Both the position numbers and the translations under genes were made by a program. A model generated the notes under the pieces. It was not told the DNA's origin. It worked only from the letters and a program-made list of their open reading frames with translations, and made no database searches. Shown here piece by piece: positions 1 to 13,977 of a DNA stretch of 64,000 bases. Origin of the DNA: Candidatus Eiseniibacteriota bacterium (lineage in GTDB: Bacteria; Eisenbacteria; RBG-16-71-46); the NCBI GenBank assembly GCA_963717505.1, contig OY970342.1:2336001-2400000 (forward strand). Direction: 5' to 3'. Numbering within the stretch: position 1 is the stretch's first letter; each line of letters begins with the position of its first letter.

Positions 1-281
1 TCGTGGGCGTGGGCGATCATTCAATAGTGGCAGTCGTTGGCTTTCGAGGTGACGGTCGCCAGCGCCTCGCGCTGGATGCGGCTCAGGCCCGACGGTCCGA
101 ACAGGATCGCGGAATAGAACGCCATCGCCGCGCGCATGGTCCCCGGGTTGGGGCTCATCACGCGCACGATGTTCCAGATCCGCCCGGCACGCCGGAGCGC
201 CTCATCGTACTCGCGCCGTACCTCGCCGTCGGCGCGATCCGGCGCCACGGTCTCGATCCAGAACTCGCCGGACCCGCTCAA
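1..281 (-). CDS. AhpD/carboxymuconolactone decarboxylase-like peroxidase-related protein, probable selenoprotein (CxxU); runs off window edge
   Basis: GPSGLSRIQREALATVTSKANDCHY ends at TGA (21-23), the position of the second Cys of the family N-x-C-x-Y-C motif; frame continues open as M-I-A-H-A-H. Confidence 0.8.
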
Positions 282-1231
282 GACGGTTCGATCGACCGGG
301 CCGGGGTCGGGTCCGGATCCGCTAGATCGTCGGGAACCGGCGGCCGCAGGTTGCAGAAGCGCCCAACCTCGAAACGATCTCGCAGGGACGCCGGCAGCTT
401 CAGTCGCCCGGCGGTGAGCGCTCCCAGGAAGTCCTGGTCGTACGGCAGCCCGAGGGCGTGACCTTGGTGCTCACTCTTCGTGGGATCGAGGTACGTTCCG
501 AATACCCGGTCCCAGAGCACCGTGAAGTTGCCGTAGTTCCCCTGGAGGTCGACCGTGTGATGGAGCAGATGCTCCTGAGGCGTGGTCAGCGCCAACCACT
601 TCATGCCGTGGTGCATCGCCCACCAGCGATGCAGGAAGCAGGAATGGCTGGCCGCGAGCAGGGCCCCCTGGACCAGGAGCAGGATCTTGAGCGGCGCCAG
701 GTCCCAGAGCGGGAGGCCGAGCAGCAGGAGGATGGCGTAGGCCGAGAACACCGTGGCGACCGCGGCCGGGAACGCCGTGACCACCACGAACGGGCGCATC
801 GCGAGGCCGGGCATGATGACGTTCACCTGGCTCGGCAGGTGATGGTACTCGTGGGTCGCGAAGAATCGGCGCGAATGACTGAAGAAGCGGTGCAACAGGT
901 AGTCCCACAAACCGGAGACGTAGAAGAGCACGATCGAAAGAAAGACGAGCCAGCCGCCGCGGATGGGTTCCGGCGCCGCCGGCCGGCCGAGCCACGCGGT
1001 CAGCGCCGATCGGACCGCCGCCGACATTCGTTCGGTCGAAGGCACCAGCGACAGTCCGCCGAGCTGGATCAGTCCGTAGAGCGCGAGCATCAGCAGGAGG
1101 AACCCGAACGCCTCGCCGCTCGGGCGCTCGGGCCGGCCGCGCCAGGAGCCTCGCCGCAACTCGATAGTATCGAGCACCACGAACACGGCCAGGATCGCAA
1201 GCAGCCCGACCAGGAACGTCCGGTCGCTCAC
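278..1231 (-). CDS. Sterol desaturase/fatty acid hydroxylase family membrane protein
   Basis: His boxes DYLLHRFFSH, HEYHH, HLLHH and NYGNFTVLWDRVFGT; GTG start overlaps upstream stop (GTGA). Confidence 0.85.
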   Translation of the reverse strand: MSDRTFLVGLLAILAVFVVLDTIELRRGSWRGRPERPSGEAFGFLLLMLALYGLIQLGGLSLVPSTERMSAAVRSALTAWLGRPAAPEPIRGGWLVFLSIVLFYVSGLWDYLLHRFFSHSRRFFATHEYHHLPSQVNVIMPGLAMRPFVVVTAFPAAVATVFSAYAILLLLGLPLWDLAPLKILLLVQGALLAASHSCFLHRWWAMHHGMKWLALTTPQEHLLHHTVDLQGNYGNFTVLWDRVFGTYLDPTKSEHQGHALGLPYDQDFLGALTAGRLKLPASLRDRFEVGRFCNLRPPVPDDLADPDPTPARSIEPS

Positions 1232-1680
1232 GCCGCGGCCATGACCCGCCGGTTCGAGCCGCCCGAGGCCGCCCGCAACAGCAGAACCAGCGCGAGCGCC
1301 AGCGACCACATGATCGCCATCTGCAGCAGGCTGCGGCCCGACGGGATCGCGAAGACTCGCGTGATCTCGTCCATGAACAGGATGCGCTGCAGGCCGCGCA
1401 TCGTGAACAACACCGCGAAGCCGAGGACGATCGCCCGATTGCCCAACGGATCGCGAGCCGCGATCGCCGCCATGATGCCGAGCGCGATCATGAACGCGCC
1501 GAGCGGCTTCAAGATGTAGACGAACTGTCCATCAGTCCAATCCACCCGTGCGTTGTACAGGGTGCCGCCCACCCATTCCCTGAGCCCCAGATCCACGTTC
1601 AGCGACAGTCCGACCAGGACGTGAAACGCGCACACGATCCACAGGAACAGGCTCAGCCAACGGACCATCGGGTTTGTCAT
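1228..1680 (-). CDS. Small 4-TM membrane protein of unknown function
   Basis: Hydrophobic helices; GGAGG RBS upstream of ATG 1680; coupled to the next gene. Confidence 0.7.
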   Translation of the reverse strand: MTNPMVRWLSLFLWIVCAFHVLVGLSLNVDLGLREWVGGTLYNARVDWTDGQFVYILKPLGAFMIALGIMAAIAARDPLGNRAIVLGFAVLFTMRGLQRILFMDEITRVFAIPSGRSLLQMAIMWSLALALVLLLRAASGGSNRRVMAAA

Positions 1681-2347
1681 GACGACCTCCCTTCCTTCGG
1701 TAGACCGCGAGACCACTCTCTCCGCGCGTCGCATACGACCACAGGACGTAGGCGAGCACCGGAGCCACCACGCCCGCCACATTGCCGGCCAGTCCGAGTG
1801 TGGCGAGCACCATCGGACGGCTGCCGGCCGACAACGCGTCGGCCAGCTGCAAACAGACGCCGTAACAGGCGCCGAAGACACCGAAGAACACCGGCGCGTG
1901 ATCGGTGGCCACCACCTCGGCCGGCTGCCCTTCGGCCGCCAGCCGGTTGTGGATGACGATGAACCCCACCTTGATGGCGTGGGTGTCGTAGAGCCAGTTC
2001 CAGAAGCCGATCACCGAACCGGTGACCAGCGCTGCACGCAGGCAGTCGCCGAGGTGAAAGCCCGGAGCGGCCGCAGGCACGCACGCCAGGCCGAACAGAC
2101 TGGTCGCGGTCCCGAACACGAACCCGTGATGCGGCCGAAAGCGGCCGATTCGGAAACGGGTGTTGAACTCCCACAGCCCGAGCCAGTTGGTCCCGAGTCC
2201 GGGGACGACGTAGGCGAACACGACCGGAATCGACAGCGCGAGCCACACGAGTGCATGATCGCCGTGGTAGCGTTGCAGCCACAACAGGTAGCTGAGTGGA
2301 AACAACGTCAGCGGCACCACGAACTGGTACCAGCGGAAGAACCTCAC
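1532..2347 (-). CDS. Multi-TM membrane protein of unknown function
   Basis: GTG start coupled to radical SAM stop; hydrophobic segments and RFRPHHGFVFG motif; 3' end overlaps the next gene by about 150 nt, so the true stop may be near 1677. Confidence 0.65.
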   Translation of the reverse strand: MRFFRWYQFVVPLTLFPLSYLLWLQRYHGDHALVWLALSIPVVFAYVVPGLGTNWLGLWEFNTRFRIGRFRPHHGFVFGTATSLFGLACVPAAAPGFHLGDCLRAALVTGSVIGFWNWLYDTHAIKVGFIVIHNRLAAEGQPAEVVATDHAPVFFGVFGACYGVCLQLADALSAGSRPMVLATLGLAGNVAGVVAPVLAYVLWSYATRGESGLAVYRRKGGRHDKPDGPLAEPVPVDRVRVSRPGRTVAERGSGAQGMGGRHPVQRTGGLD

Positions 2348-3831
2348 CGCCGCGCCCCACCCGCGCCGGCATCGGCCATCGGCGCGGACGCCTCCGCTCC
2401 TCGGTCCGAGCGGCCCGCGGTCGCCGGACCGGCAGCGATCCCGCCCCGTTCGCCGGCGCGCAACGGACCCGGCTTGCTCGGGTGAATCGTGTTCCGGAAC
2501 AGACCGAACAACAGGTCCTGCTTGCGCAGGGCCTCGCGCGCATAGAGCGGGTTGTAGGTCAGGTAGACCGCCAGGCGCGTCGGCGAGCTGAGATGGGTCT
2601 TCAAGTCCCACATCCGCTTGAAGATCGAACTGGCGCGGTTCCAGGCGTGCCGGCACTCGAAGCAGACCTCGGTCAATTCCTCGGGGCTCATCTGCTTGGG
2701 CACGAACGCCGCATGGTTGAAGCGATATTCGGGGTGGAGCCACCACTTGCCGTCCCACAGCAGGCGACCTTCCCGCTCGAGTCGCTGGTAGAGCGGCGTA
2801 TTCACGTACGGCATCAGGATGTTGTAGGCGGCAAAGCAGAAGTTGTGACGCAAGGCGAAGTCCGACGTCGCGCGGATCGACTCGACCGTGTCGTGGTCGT
2901 GTCCGAGGGTGAATGCGGCCCAGGTCTGCAGGTGATGCTTGCGCAGCACCTCGCACGCCGTCTCGTAGCGGTCCCAGGTGCGCAGCAGGAAGCTCGGCGC
3001 TTTCTTCATCGAGCGCAGGTTGCGCGGGTCGAGCGATTCGAAGCCGATCACGTTGCCGATGCACCCGCTGGCCTCGACCAGGTCCATCAGCTCGGGGTCC
3101 GCGGTCATATCGATCGAGGCCTGCGACACCCAGCGAATCTTGAGCGGGATCAGAGCGCGCAGGAACTCTTTGGCCGCGGGGACGTTGTTGAGCAGATTGT
3201 CGTCGACGAAGAACACGGTCTTGCGCTCCTGGCTCGCGATCTCGTCGAGCACTTCGCCGACCCGGCGCGTGTAGTGCCTGCGGTCGAAGAACGCGCTGAT
3301 CGCGCAGAAATCGCAGGCGAACCGGCAACCGCGGCTGAACTGCATGAGCGCGATCGGCAGGTAGCCCTTGCCCCGGAACAGGTCGCGGCGCGGCTTCACG
3401 CCGCCCGGCTGGGGCACGCCGCTCGGCGCGCGATAAATGCGACGCATCCGGCCGGCGCGAGCGTCAGCCACCACCTGGTGCCACAGGGTCTCGGCGTCGC
3501 CGATGAAGATCGCATCGCCGTGCTCCAGGCACTCCTCGGGCGCGAGCGTCGGGTGGAACCCGCCGAGAATCACCGGCACGCCGCGGGCGCGATACTCCGC
3601 CGCGATCTCGTAGGCGCGACGCGCGGTGTAGATCTCGACCGTGATCGCGGCAAGGTCGGTCGGCTCGTCGAACGGAATCGGTTCGATTCGATCGTCGTAG
3701 AGCGCGCACTCGACGTCCGGAGGGGTCAGACCGGCGAGGACCCCGAGCTGCAGCGGCTCCATGCGCCCTTCGTCGACGTACAGACTGTGGTCGTGGCGCC
3801 CGATGTTGGGTTTGACGAAGGTGATTTTCAC
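2344..3831 (-). CDS. Cobalamin-binding radical SAM protein (paralog 2)
   Basis: B12-binding N-domain (GVPVILGGFHPT), CRFACDFC, FFVDDN, GFESL. Confidence 0.9.
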   Translation of the reverse strand: MKITFVKPNIGRHDHSLYVDEGRMEPLQLGVLAGLTPPDVECALYDDRIEPIPFDEPTDLAAITVEIYTARRAYEIAAEYRARGVPVILGGFHPTLAPEECLEHGDAIFIGDAETLWHQVVADARAGRMRRIYRAPSGVPQPGGVKPRRDLFRGKGYLPIALMQFSRGCRFACDFCAISAFFDRRHYTRRVGEVLDEIASQERKTVFFVDDNLLNNVPAAKEFLRALIPLKIRWVSQASIDMTADPELMDLVEASGCIGNVIGFESLDPRNLRSMKKAPSFLLRTWDRYETACEVLRKHHLQTWAAFTLGHDHDTVESIRATSDFALRHNFCFAAYNILMPYVNTPLYQRLEREGRLLWDGKWWLHPEYRFNHAAFVPKQMSPEELTEVCFECRHAWNRASSIFKRMWDLKTHLSSPTRLAVYLTYNPLYAREALRKQDLLFGLFRNTIHPSKPGPLRAGERGGIAAGPATAGRSDRGAEASAPMADAGAGGARR

Positions 3832-5223
3832 GCCGGCAACCCCGAGCCCGCTTCCGCCGCAGCAACGGCCAGCGCGTCGGCCTCGAGAGCGCCGGCCTCG
3901 GGGATCGCCAATGCTTCCGGCCCGCCGAGCGCAATGCCCTGCTTCAGGTGGATCTCGCGGCGCGAGATCAGGTTGGAGATCGCGTACTGCGCGAGGCGGC
4001 GCGGACTGCGCAGGGAGGTGCGCGGGTCCCACACCCGGTAGAGGATCGAGCGCGCCGTGTTGAACTCGGTGCGCGAGCGATAGCAGCCCTCGGTCAGCTG
4101 ATCGGCGGTCATGCCGCGCGGGTGGAACGTCGCGTGCCCGTACCGGAAGCGCGGGTCGATCCACCATCGGTCATGGATCAGGCGGCCTTCCTGCTGCAGC
4201 CGGTCGTAGAGCGGTGCGGCCGGCGTCGGCGTCAGCGGATTGAAGTTCGCGAGGTAGAACCGGTGGTCGACGGCGAACTCGACCGTCCGCTCGAACGACT
4301 CGACGCGGTCGTTGTCGTAACCGAACACGAAGGTCCCGTAGATCATCATGCCCGCGTCCTGGACGATCCGGATCGCGGTCTCGTAGTCGTTGAACTTGAG
4401 GTTCCAGCCCTTCTTCATCTGCTTCAGGTTCACCGGGTCGAGCGATTCGAAGCCAAACAGGACGCTCGAGCACCCGCTGCGCTGCATCAGTCGCACCAGG
4501 CTGGGATCCTTGGCGACATCGAGCGAGCACTGGCAGAACCAGTTGATGCGCAGCGGGATCAACGCTTCGAACAGCTCGCGCGCCTTGTCGACGTTGACGA
4601 AGATGTTGTCGTCGACGAAGAACACGAGACGGCCGCCGCTCGCTCGCGATCTCGTCGCACACCTCGCGCACCGGCCGTTGCCGGAGGCTCGTGCCGTAGA
4701 ACGCGCGGATCGAGCAGAAGTCGCAATTGAACTTGCAGCCGCGCCCGTACTGGACCAGGGTCACCGGCACGTAGCGCTTGCCGTCGAAGATGCTGCGATC
4801 GGGTACCACGCCTCCGAGCGGCGCAAAGCCGTCGCGGCGGTAGATCGGCCGCAGGCGGCCGTGGCGCGCATCGGCCACCACCTGCTCCCACTGGCCCTCG
4901 GCGTCGCCCTGAACCACCGCGTCGGCGAACGCCAGACACTCACGCGGCAGGAACGTCGGGTGGTAGCCGCCCATGACCACACGAACCCCGCGTCGGCGGA
5001 ACGCCGAAGCAATCTGGTACGCGCGCCGGGCAGTGTAGGTCTCGACCGTCATCGCCACCAGATCGGTCGGCTCGTCGAGCGGGATTTCTTCGAGGCGCTC
5101 GTCGTAGAGAACGGTCTCGACGTCCGGTGGGGTGAGCCGCTTGAGGATCGCGAAGCACAGCGGATGCATCGCGTCGTGCGAGCGTCGTGCTTGCAGGTTG
5201 GGTCGGACGAACGTGATCTTCAC
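3828..5223 (-). CDS. Cobalamin-binding radical SAM protein (paralog 1), frameshifted near 4626-4645
   Basis: N-half (VVMGGYHPT, CKFNCDFC) in one frame, C-half (VFFVDDN, GFESL, NPLTPTP) in another; collinear with the intact paralog. Confidence 0.85.
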
Positions 5224-5355
5224 GGCGGCCCTCGGAGTGCCGTCACGATCTGCGGGCTTCCAGCCCGGCGCCGGGAGGCTACGCCAGCGCCGCGCCAACA
5301 GCGAGCCAAATCTGGAGGTCTTGACGCGCTCCCCGGATCGGCCTTAGGTGGGCGT

Positions 5356-6018
5356 ATGCTGGGCCGTCGCAGTCGCATCCTGATCTTCGCCGCGCTCCTG
5401 GCGACCGCAGCCCTGGGCGCCGGCGTCCATGACCTGCAGAACCGGGCCGGAGCCATGGGCGGGCCTATTTCGACGCCCAAGCTCGCCTGGCTGTTGTACG
5501 CGGTGCTGGTCTGGGGGTTCCTGTGCCCGATCCTGGCGTTCGAGCCGAACCTCCATCGGTCGTTTCGGGTGCTGGCCGGCGGGTTCGCCGCCCTGATGTG
5601 GGCGCGAACGGTCGTCGAGCTCCCGATGCTCTACGTGTGGCGAAACTGGCGACCTCCCTACGGCATGGCCCACGATCTGATTTGCGCCCTCGTGCTTCTC
5701 GGCGGTTTGGTCGCGACGCGTGCCGCGTGGTGGCCTCCGAGCAAACGCTCGGATCGCTGGATGCTCGCCTTCATCCTGGTTTTGGCGCTCTCGGTGCTGA
5801 TCGAGTGTGTCTATGCCGGCCTCTTCTACCAGGCGGTGGCTGGCGCGACCACCGGCCATGAAGGCCTGTGGTTCGCTGCACCCGGCGATCCGCGCTTCGT
5901 CCTGATCAACCGACTCACTCTGGCCTTCGACGTCTTGCTCTACGCGTTCCTGGCGGCGTTCCTGGCCGCGGCATTCGCCGCGCCGCGCGCACCGGCTCCG
6001 GAGTCCGCGCCACGATGA
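5356..6018 (+). CDS. Multi-TM membrane protein of unknown function
   Basis: About 6 hydrophobic helices; ATGA overlap with the downstream gene. Confidence 0.7.
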   Translation: MLGRRSRILIFAALLATAALGAGVHDLQNRAGAMGGPISTPKLAWLLYAVLVWGFLCPILAFEPNLHRSFRVLAGGFAALMWARTVVELPMLYVWRNWRPPYGMAHDLICALVLLGGLVATRAAWWPPSKRSDRWMLAFILVLALSVLIECVYAGLFYQAVAGATTGHEGLWFAAPGDPRFVLINRLTLAFDVLLYAFLAAFLAAAFAAPRAPAPESAPR

Positions 6019-7127
6019 GCCCGGGATACGTGCGCCCGGCCGCGCGTTCGGACAACGCCCGGCTGGTCGAGCTGTTCGCTTCGGTCCCGATGAGTGGCAG
6101 CCTGGTGCTGTCGACGCGCCGCGATCCGGACTTCTTCGCGCTCTACGACATGCAACGCGCCGCCTCGGAGTGCTGGGTCTACGAACGCGACCAGAATCTC
6201 GCCGGACTCGGCACCTTCCTGGTGCGCGACGGCTGGCTCGACGGCCGGCCGGCGCGCGTCGGGTACCTGGGCGATCTGCGCTCCAGGTTCATCGCCCGCC
6301 GCGACCGCATCCTGTCACGCTTCTACGGCAACGTGCTCGAGGACGTGGTCCGGCGCCACGATTGCCCGTACTTTCTGACCGCCGTGCTGGCGTCGAACAC
6401 GGCGGCGATCCAGGCCCTGGTGCGGCGGCGGTCGGAGCGAGCCACCCAGCCGCGCTACACGCTGCTGCGGCGATTCGCGATGGTGTCGGTTCAGTTCGCC
6501 GGCCGGCGCTCGCGACACCGTTCGCCCTACTTGGTGAGGGCGGCGGCAGCGGAAGACGTCGCCGCCGTCGTCGAGCTTCTCGATCGCGACCACCGCCGGC
6601 GGCCGTTCGGCTATCGCTACGACCAGGGCGAGTTCGAGCACCGGCTACGGCACTGGCCGGGCATGACCCTCGAGCGAACCTATCTGGCGTTCGACCCGGC
6701 CGGGCGGCTGGTCGGCGTCACCAGCGCCTGGGACCCGAGCACGGTCAAGCGCTATCGCGCACTCGCCTATCGCGGAGCAATGCGCTGGACCCAGCGCGCG
6801 TGGAACCTCGGGGCGCGCGTCCTCGGGTATCCACGTCTGCCCGACCCGGGCCAGGATTTTCGCTACTTCTATTTGTGCAATACCAGCATCGAGGGCGATC
6901 ACCCCGGCGTGCTACGGGCCCTGCTCGAGCGCGTGTACGCGGATTTCGCCGCCTCGGGACAGCACTTCTTCTCGCTGTGTGTCTATCAAGGGGACCCGCT
7001 CGCGGTGGCGCTCGCCGGCTTCAGGACCCGCCGACTGGACTTCCACCTGTACGTCGTGAGTCGCGCGGCCGAGACGGAGCGGCCGTTCCCGGACGGACGC
7101 CCGGGATTCGAGATGGCGTTGGCCTGA
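6015..7127 (+). CDS. GNAT-fold acyltransferase-like protein (probably double GNAT)
   Basis: YVRPA..DNARL start, RVGYLGDLR strand, second VRAAAAEDVAAV repeat. Confidence 0.6.
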   Translation: MSPGYVRPAARSDNARLVELFASVPMSGSLVLSTRRDPDFFALYDMQRAASECWVYERDQNLAGLGTFLVRDGWLDGRPARVGYLGDLRSRFIARRDRILSRFYGNVLEDVVRRHDCPYFLTAVLASNTAAIQALVRRRSERATQPRYTLLRRFAMVSVQFAGRRSRHRSPYLVRAAAAEDVAAVVELLDRDHRRRPFGYRYDQGEFEHRLRHWPGMTLERTYLAFDPAGRLVGVTSAWDPSTVKRYRALAYRGAMRWTQRAWNLGARVLGYPRLPDPGQDFRYFYLCNTSIEGDHPGVLRALLERVYADFAASGQHFFSLCVYQGDPLAVALAGFRTRRLDFHLYVVSRAAETERPFPDGRPGFEMALA

Positions 7128-7133
7128 CCGCCG

Positions 7134-8324
<1,191 letters not shown>

Positions 8325-8334
8325 GATCGGGGCA

Positions 8335-10095
8335 TCACCTTTCTCCTGCGACCGGGACCGGCGCGCTTCGCGCGACCTCGGACTCCAGCCACTCGGACCA
8401 GCCGGTTCGCGTGTCGAACTCGGCCGGCTTGACGTCGCCCGCCCGTTGGCCCAGCGACACGCATCGAGCTTCGTAGCGGCGCCCGCCATCGCGCACCCGC
8501 ACCGCGACCACCGGTCCGAGCTGGCCGAGCGAGCGCGCGTAGGCGTACGAGAAACCTTCGCACAGCGCGGCCTCCACGCGTATCGCGCAGGCATCGAGCA
8601 CGAGATCCGGTTCTTCCGACTCGAGGTACAGCCGATAGGCCGGCGGAACGCCCCATTCCGGGGCGAGCAGGACGAAGCGCGGCGAGTCGGCCAGGGTGGC
8701 GATCCCGGCGCCCGACGCCACGATCTCCGAGAGCACGTGGCTGGCGCGGCGCGACGAGAGTTTTTCGCCGACCAGGTCCGAAACCGCATCCGCCCGGCCC
8801 TCGAAACGCACGCAAGGTGTCGCGCCGTGACGTGCCACGACCCGCACCAGGTCGCCGAGCCGATACCTCAGGAATCCGGCCGCGGTGCTGATCACGACTT
8901 CGTACGCGCGCTCCGGCTCCAGCTCGTGCGCGAGACGTGGGCGCGCCTCGGGGGCTTCCACGTCGATGAACTCGAGGAAGTGGCTGCGCACCGCGAGCAC
9001 CGGCGCCGGAGCCGCGAACCAGGGAATGCTCACCACCCCTTCGGTCGCGAGCAGTCCCTTCCCCTGGACCTCGACGTCCGGGACGCGCGCGCGGAGTGCT
9101 GCCAGCGAACGCGCCGCCTGCGCGTCGGCCCAGACGCTGATCAGCGCGAGCTTGGGCCACACGGCAGCCGGCGTCAGCGTGCCGCTGCGCTCGATTAGTC
9201 CGCGCAGCGCTCGCGCCCGCGCGGGGTCGGCGCGCAGCGGCAGCAGTGCCACCACGCGCGCGATCCGCTCGCCGTCGGCGCCGATGCCGTTCCCGCCCGG
9301 GGAGCCGTTCCGGCCGGGTTCCGGCCGGCACGTCCCGGCGGCCAGATCGTCGAGCAACCGGTCGGCGTCGCGGTCGAGGGCTTCGAGCAGCAGCGTGAGA
9401 AAGCTCGGGTTCCACGCGCTGGCGAACGCGAGATCGGGTGATTGCAGGAGCAGCCGGAGTGTCACGTACCGACAGCTCGGCACGTCGGGCAGTCGCGCCA
9501 CGCCGCCCGGCACCGCGAACACCTGAGCGAGCAACCGCCGCATCGGGCCTGGAAAGTAGGCGCCGTCGTCGTCGCCGCCGACGCGGATTCCGCCTTCGGT
9601 CACGCGCATTTCCTGCGCCAGCGGCGACACCGACCAGTAGCCGGGCCCGGTGAACGCGCGCGGGCGCGCACGCGCCAGGTCGTAAAGCCAGGGCAGCAAC
9701 GCCGCCTGGAACTCGCCGAGCAGCGTGCGGGTGTGCGGCACCAGCTTGGACGCGCCGGACGTGCCGCCCGAACGCTCGAAGCGCAGCACCGGTTCCAGCG
9801 TCAGCACCGAGCGTTCGCCTCGTGCCAACTGGGCGATCTCGGCCGCGAATTCGTCGGGGCGCCGCAGCGGCACCGCATCCTGGAACTCGCGCGCGGTTGC
9901 GATGCGGTCGAAGCTCGCGATCCGGTCCGCCTGCCGGCTGCCCGAGACGGCGCGCAGGATCGCCTTCAGTCGTTCGCGTTGCGCGCGTTCGGGAGCCTCG
10001 AGGGCGCGCTCGAAGCGGCGCGCCGAGTCGGCGGTCAGCGTGCGCAGCGCGGGCCCGAGCAGACGCGCGGCCGCCGCCTCGACCACCGGACTCAC
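8335..10095 (-). CDS. GH3 family acyl-adenylate/amido synthetase
   Basis: SGGTSGASKLVP P-loop, KGLLATEG, HFLEF, LRYRLGDLV, DLVGEKL. Confidence 0.85.
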   Translation of the reverse strand: MSPVVEAAAARLLGPALRTLTADSARRFERALEAPERAQRERLKAILRAVSGSRQADRIASFDRIATAREFQDAVPLRRPDEFAAEIAQLARGERSVLTLEPVLRFERSGGTSGASKLVPHTRTLLGEFQAALLPWLYDLARARPRAFTGPGYWSVSPLAQEMRVTEGGIRVGGDDDGAYFPGPMRRLLAQVFAVPGGVARLPDVPSCRYVTLRLLLQSPDLAFASAWNPSFLTLLLEALDRDADRLLDDLAAGTCRPEPGRNGSPGGNGIGADGERIARVVALLPLRADPARARALRGLIERSGTLTPAAVWPKLALISVWADAQAARSLAALRARVPDVEVQGKGLLATEGVVSIPWFAAPAPVLAVRSHFLEFIDVEAPEARPRLAHELEPERAYEVVISTAAGFLRYRLGDLVRVVARHGATPCVRFEGRADAVSDLVGEKLSSRRASHVLSEIVASGAGIATLADSPRFVLLAPEWGVPPAYRLYLESEEPDLVLDACAIRVEAALCEGFSYAYARSLGQLGPVVAVRVRDGGRRYEARCVSLGQRAGDVKPAEFDTRTGWSEWLESEVARSAPVPVAGER

Positions 10096-10861
10096 GGGCG
10101 CGCCTCGGCGTGCTCCGGCTGCGGGACCGCTCGCGCCGACATGCCCGCCTGCTGCAGGGCGACCCGCAGGAGTGCCCGAATCAGGTCCCGCAGCCTGAGC
10201 TCGGCCAGGCACACCAGCTCGTCGCCATCGGCATGGCCGGGGTTTCGCTCGAGGAAGAACGCGACGTCGGGATGGCGCAGCGTTTCGACGTCGAGCGGCA
10301 CCACGCTCTTGCGCACGCGATAGGGCGCGGAGGCGAAGCGCACGATGCCGCGCGCGGCGTCGTACTGTTCGCCGAACCAGCGTGTCGCCAGGTCCTGAAG
10401 GAATCGCCGCTGTTCCGCGGTTCCCACCCAGTGCCGAGTCGGAAACGAGCGCGGGAGATGGTTCACCAGGATCAGATAGGTCTTGTAGCCGCCGCTCAGC
10501 AGGAGCCACAGGCACGGCCGCCACGGTCTCCTGAGCTTGCGCAGCAGCAGAAAACGGCTGAACGCCGACTGCAGCGTCTTGGCGCCCCAATGATCGGGGT
10601 GGATCACCGTGTCGCCGGAGTATGCGACGTCCACCGATCGGCCGGCGAGCGATTCGACCGCGATGCGCAGGGTCGAGAATCCGACCAGCTCGCGACTGCC
10701 GCGCCGGAAGAGCAGGATCACGAACTGTTTCTCGTCCAGATCGGAGGCGAAGCGCTCGGCAGAGACGCCCTCGTAGCACAGGTTCATGAGCCCGAGCATC
10801 TCGCGGCGTCGGGCGGGGTCGAGTGCGGCGCGCGGTACGACGCGCGCGACCAGGGGAGCGC

Positions 10862-10865
<4 letters not shown>
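10092..10865 (-). CDS. Conserved hypothetical GNAT-like protein coupled to GH3
   Basis: LVGFSTL, YSGDTVIHPDHWG, LLSGGYKTY; start/stop overlaps with both neighbours. Confidence 0.65.
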
Positions 10866-13783
<2,918 letters not shown>

Positions 13784-13977
13784 CGACGGTCTTCCGGGTG
13801 CGGGCACGCCGCGCCGTGCGGATTGGACGCGGACAACCTACCGTTGAGGGGCGAGGCGGGACGTTAACCCTGCCTCGAAGGACCGTCAACGGTTGCCCCC
13901 CGATCGATCGCCCACGACCAAGCCGGGGGGCGGCCCACACGCTTGATGCGCCACGCCGGCAGGACTACGGTGCGGTC

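Noticed and set aside
1532-1680. 150-nt overlap of two membrane genes as dual coding
   Set aside because: The overlapping tail is low-information; more likely stop loss or an indel near 1680
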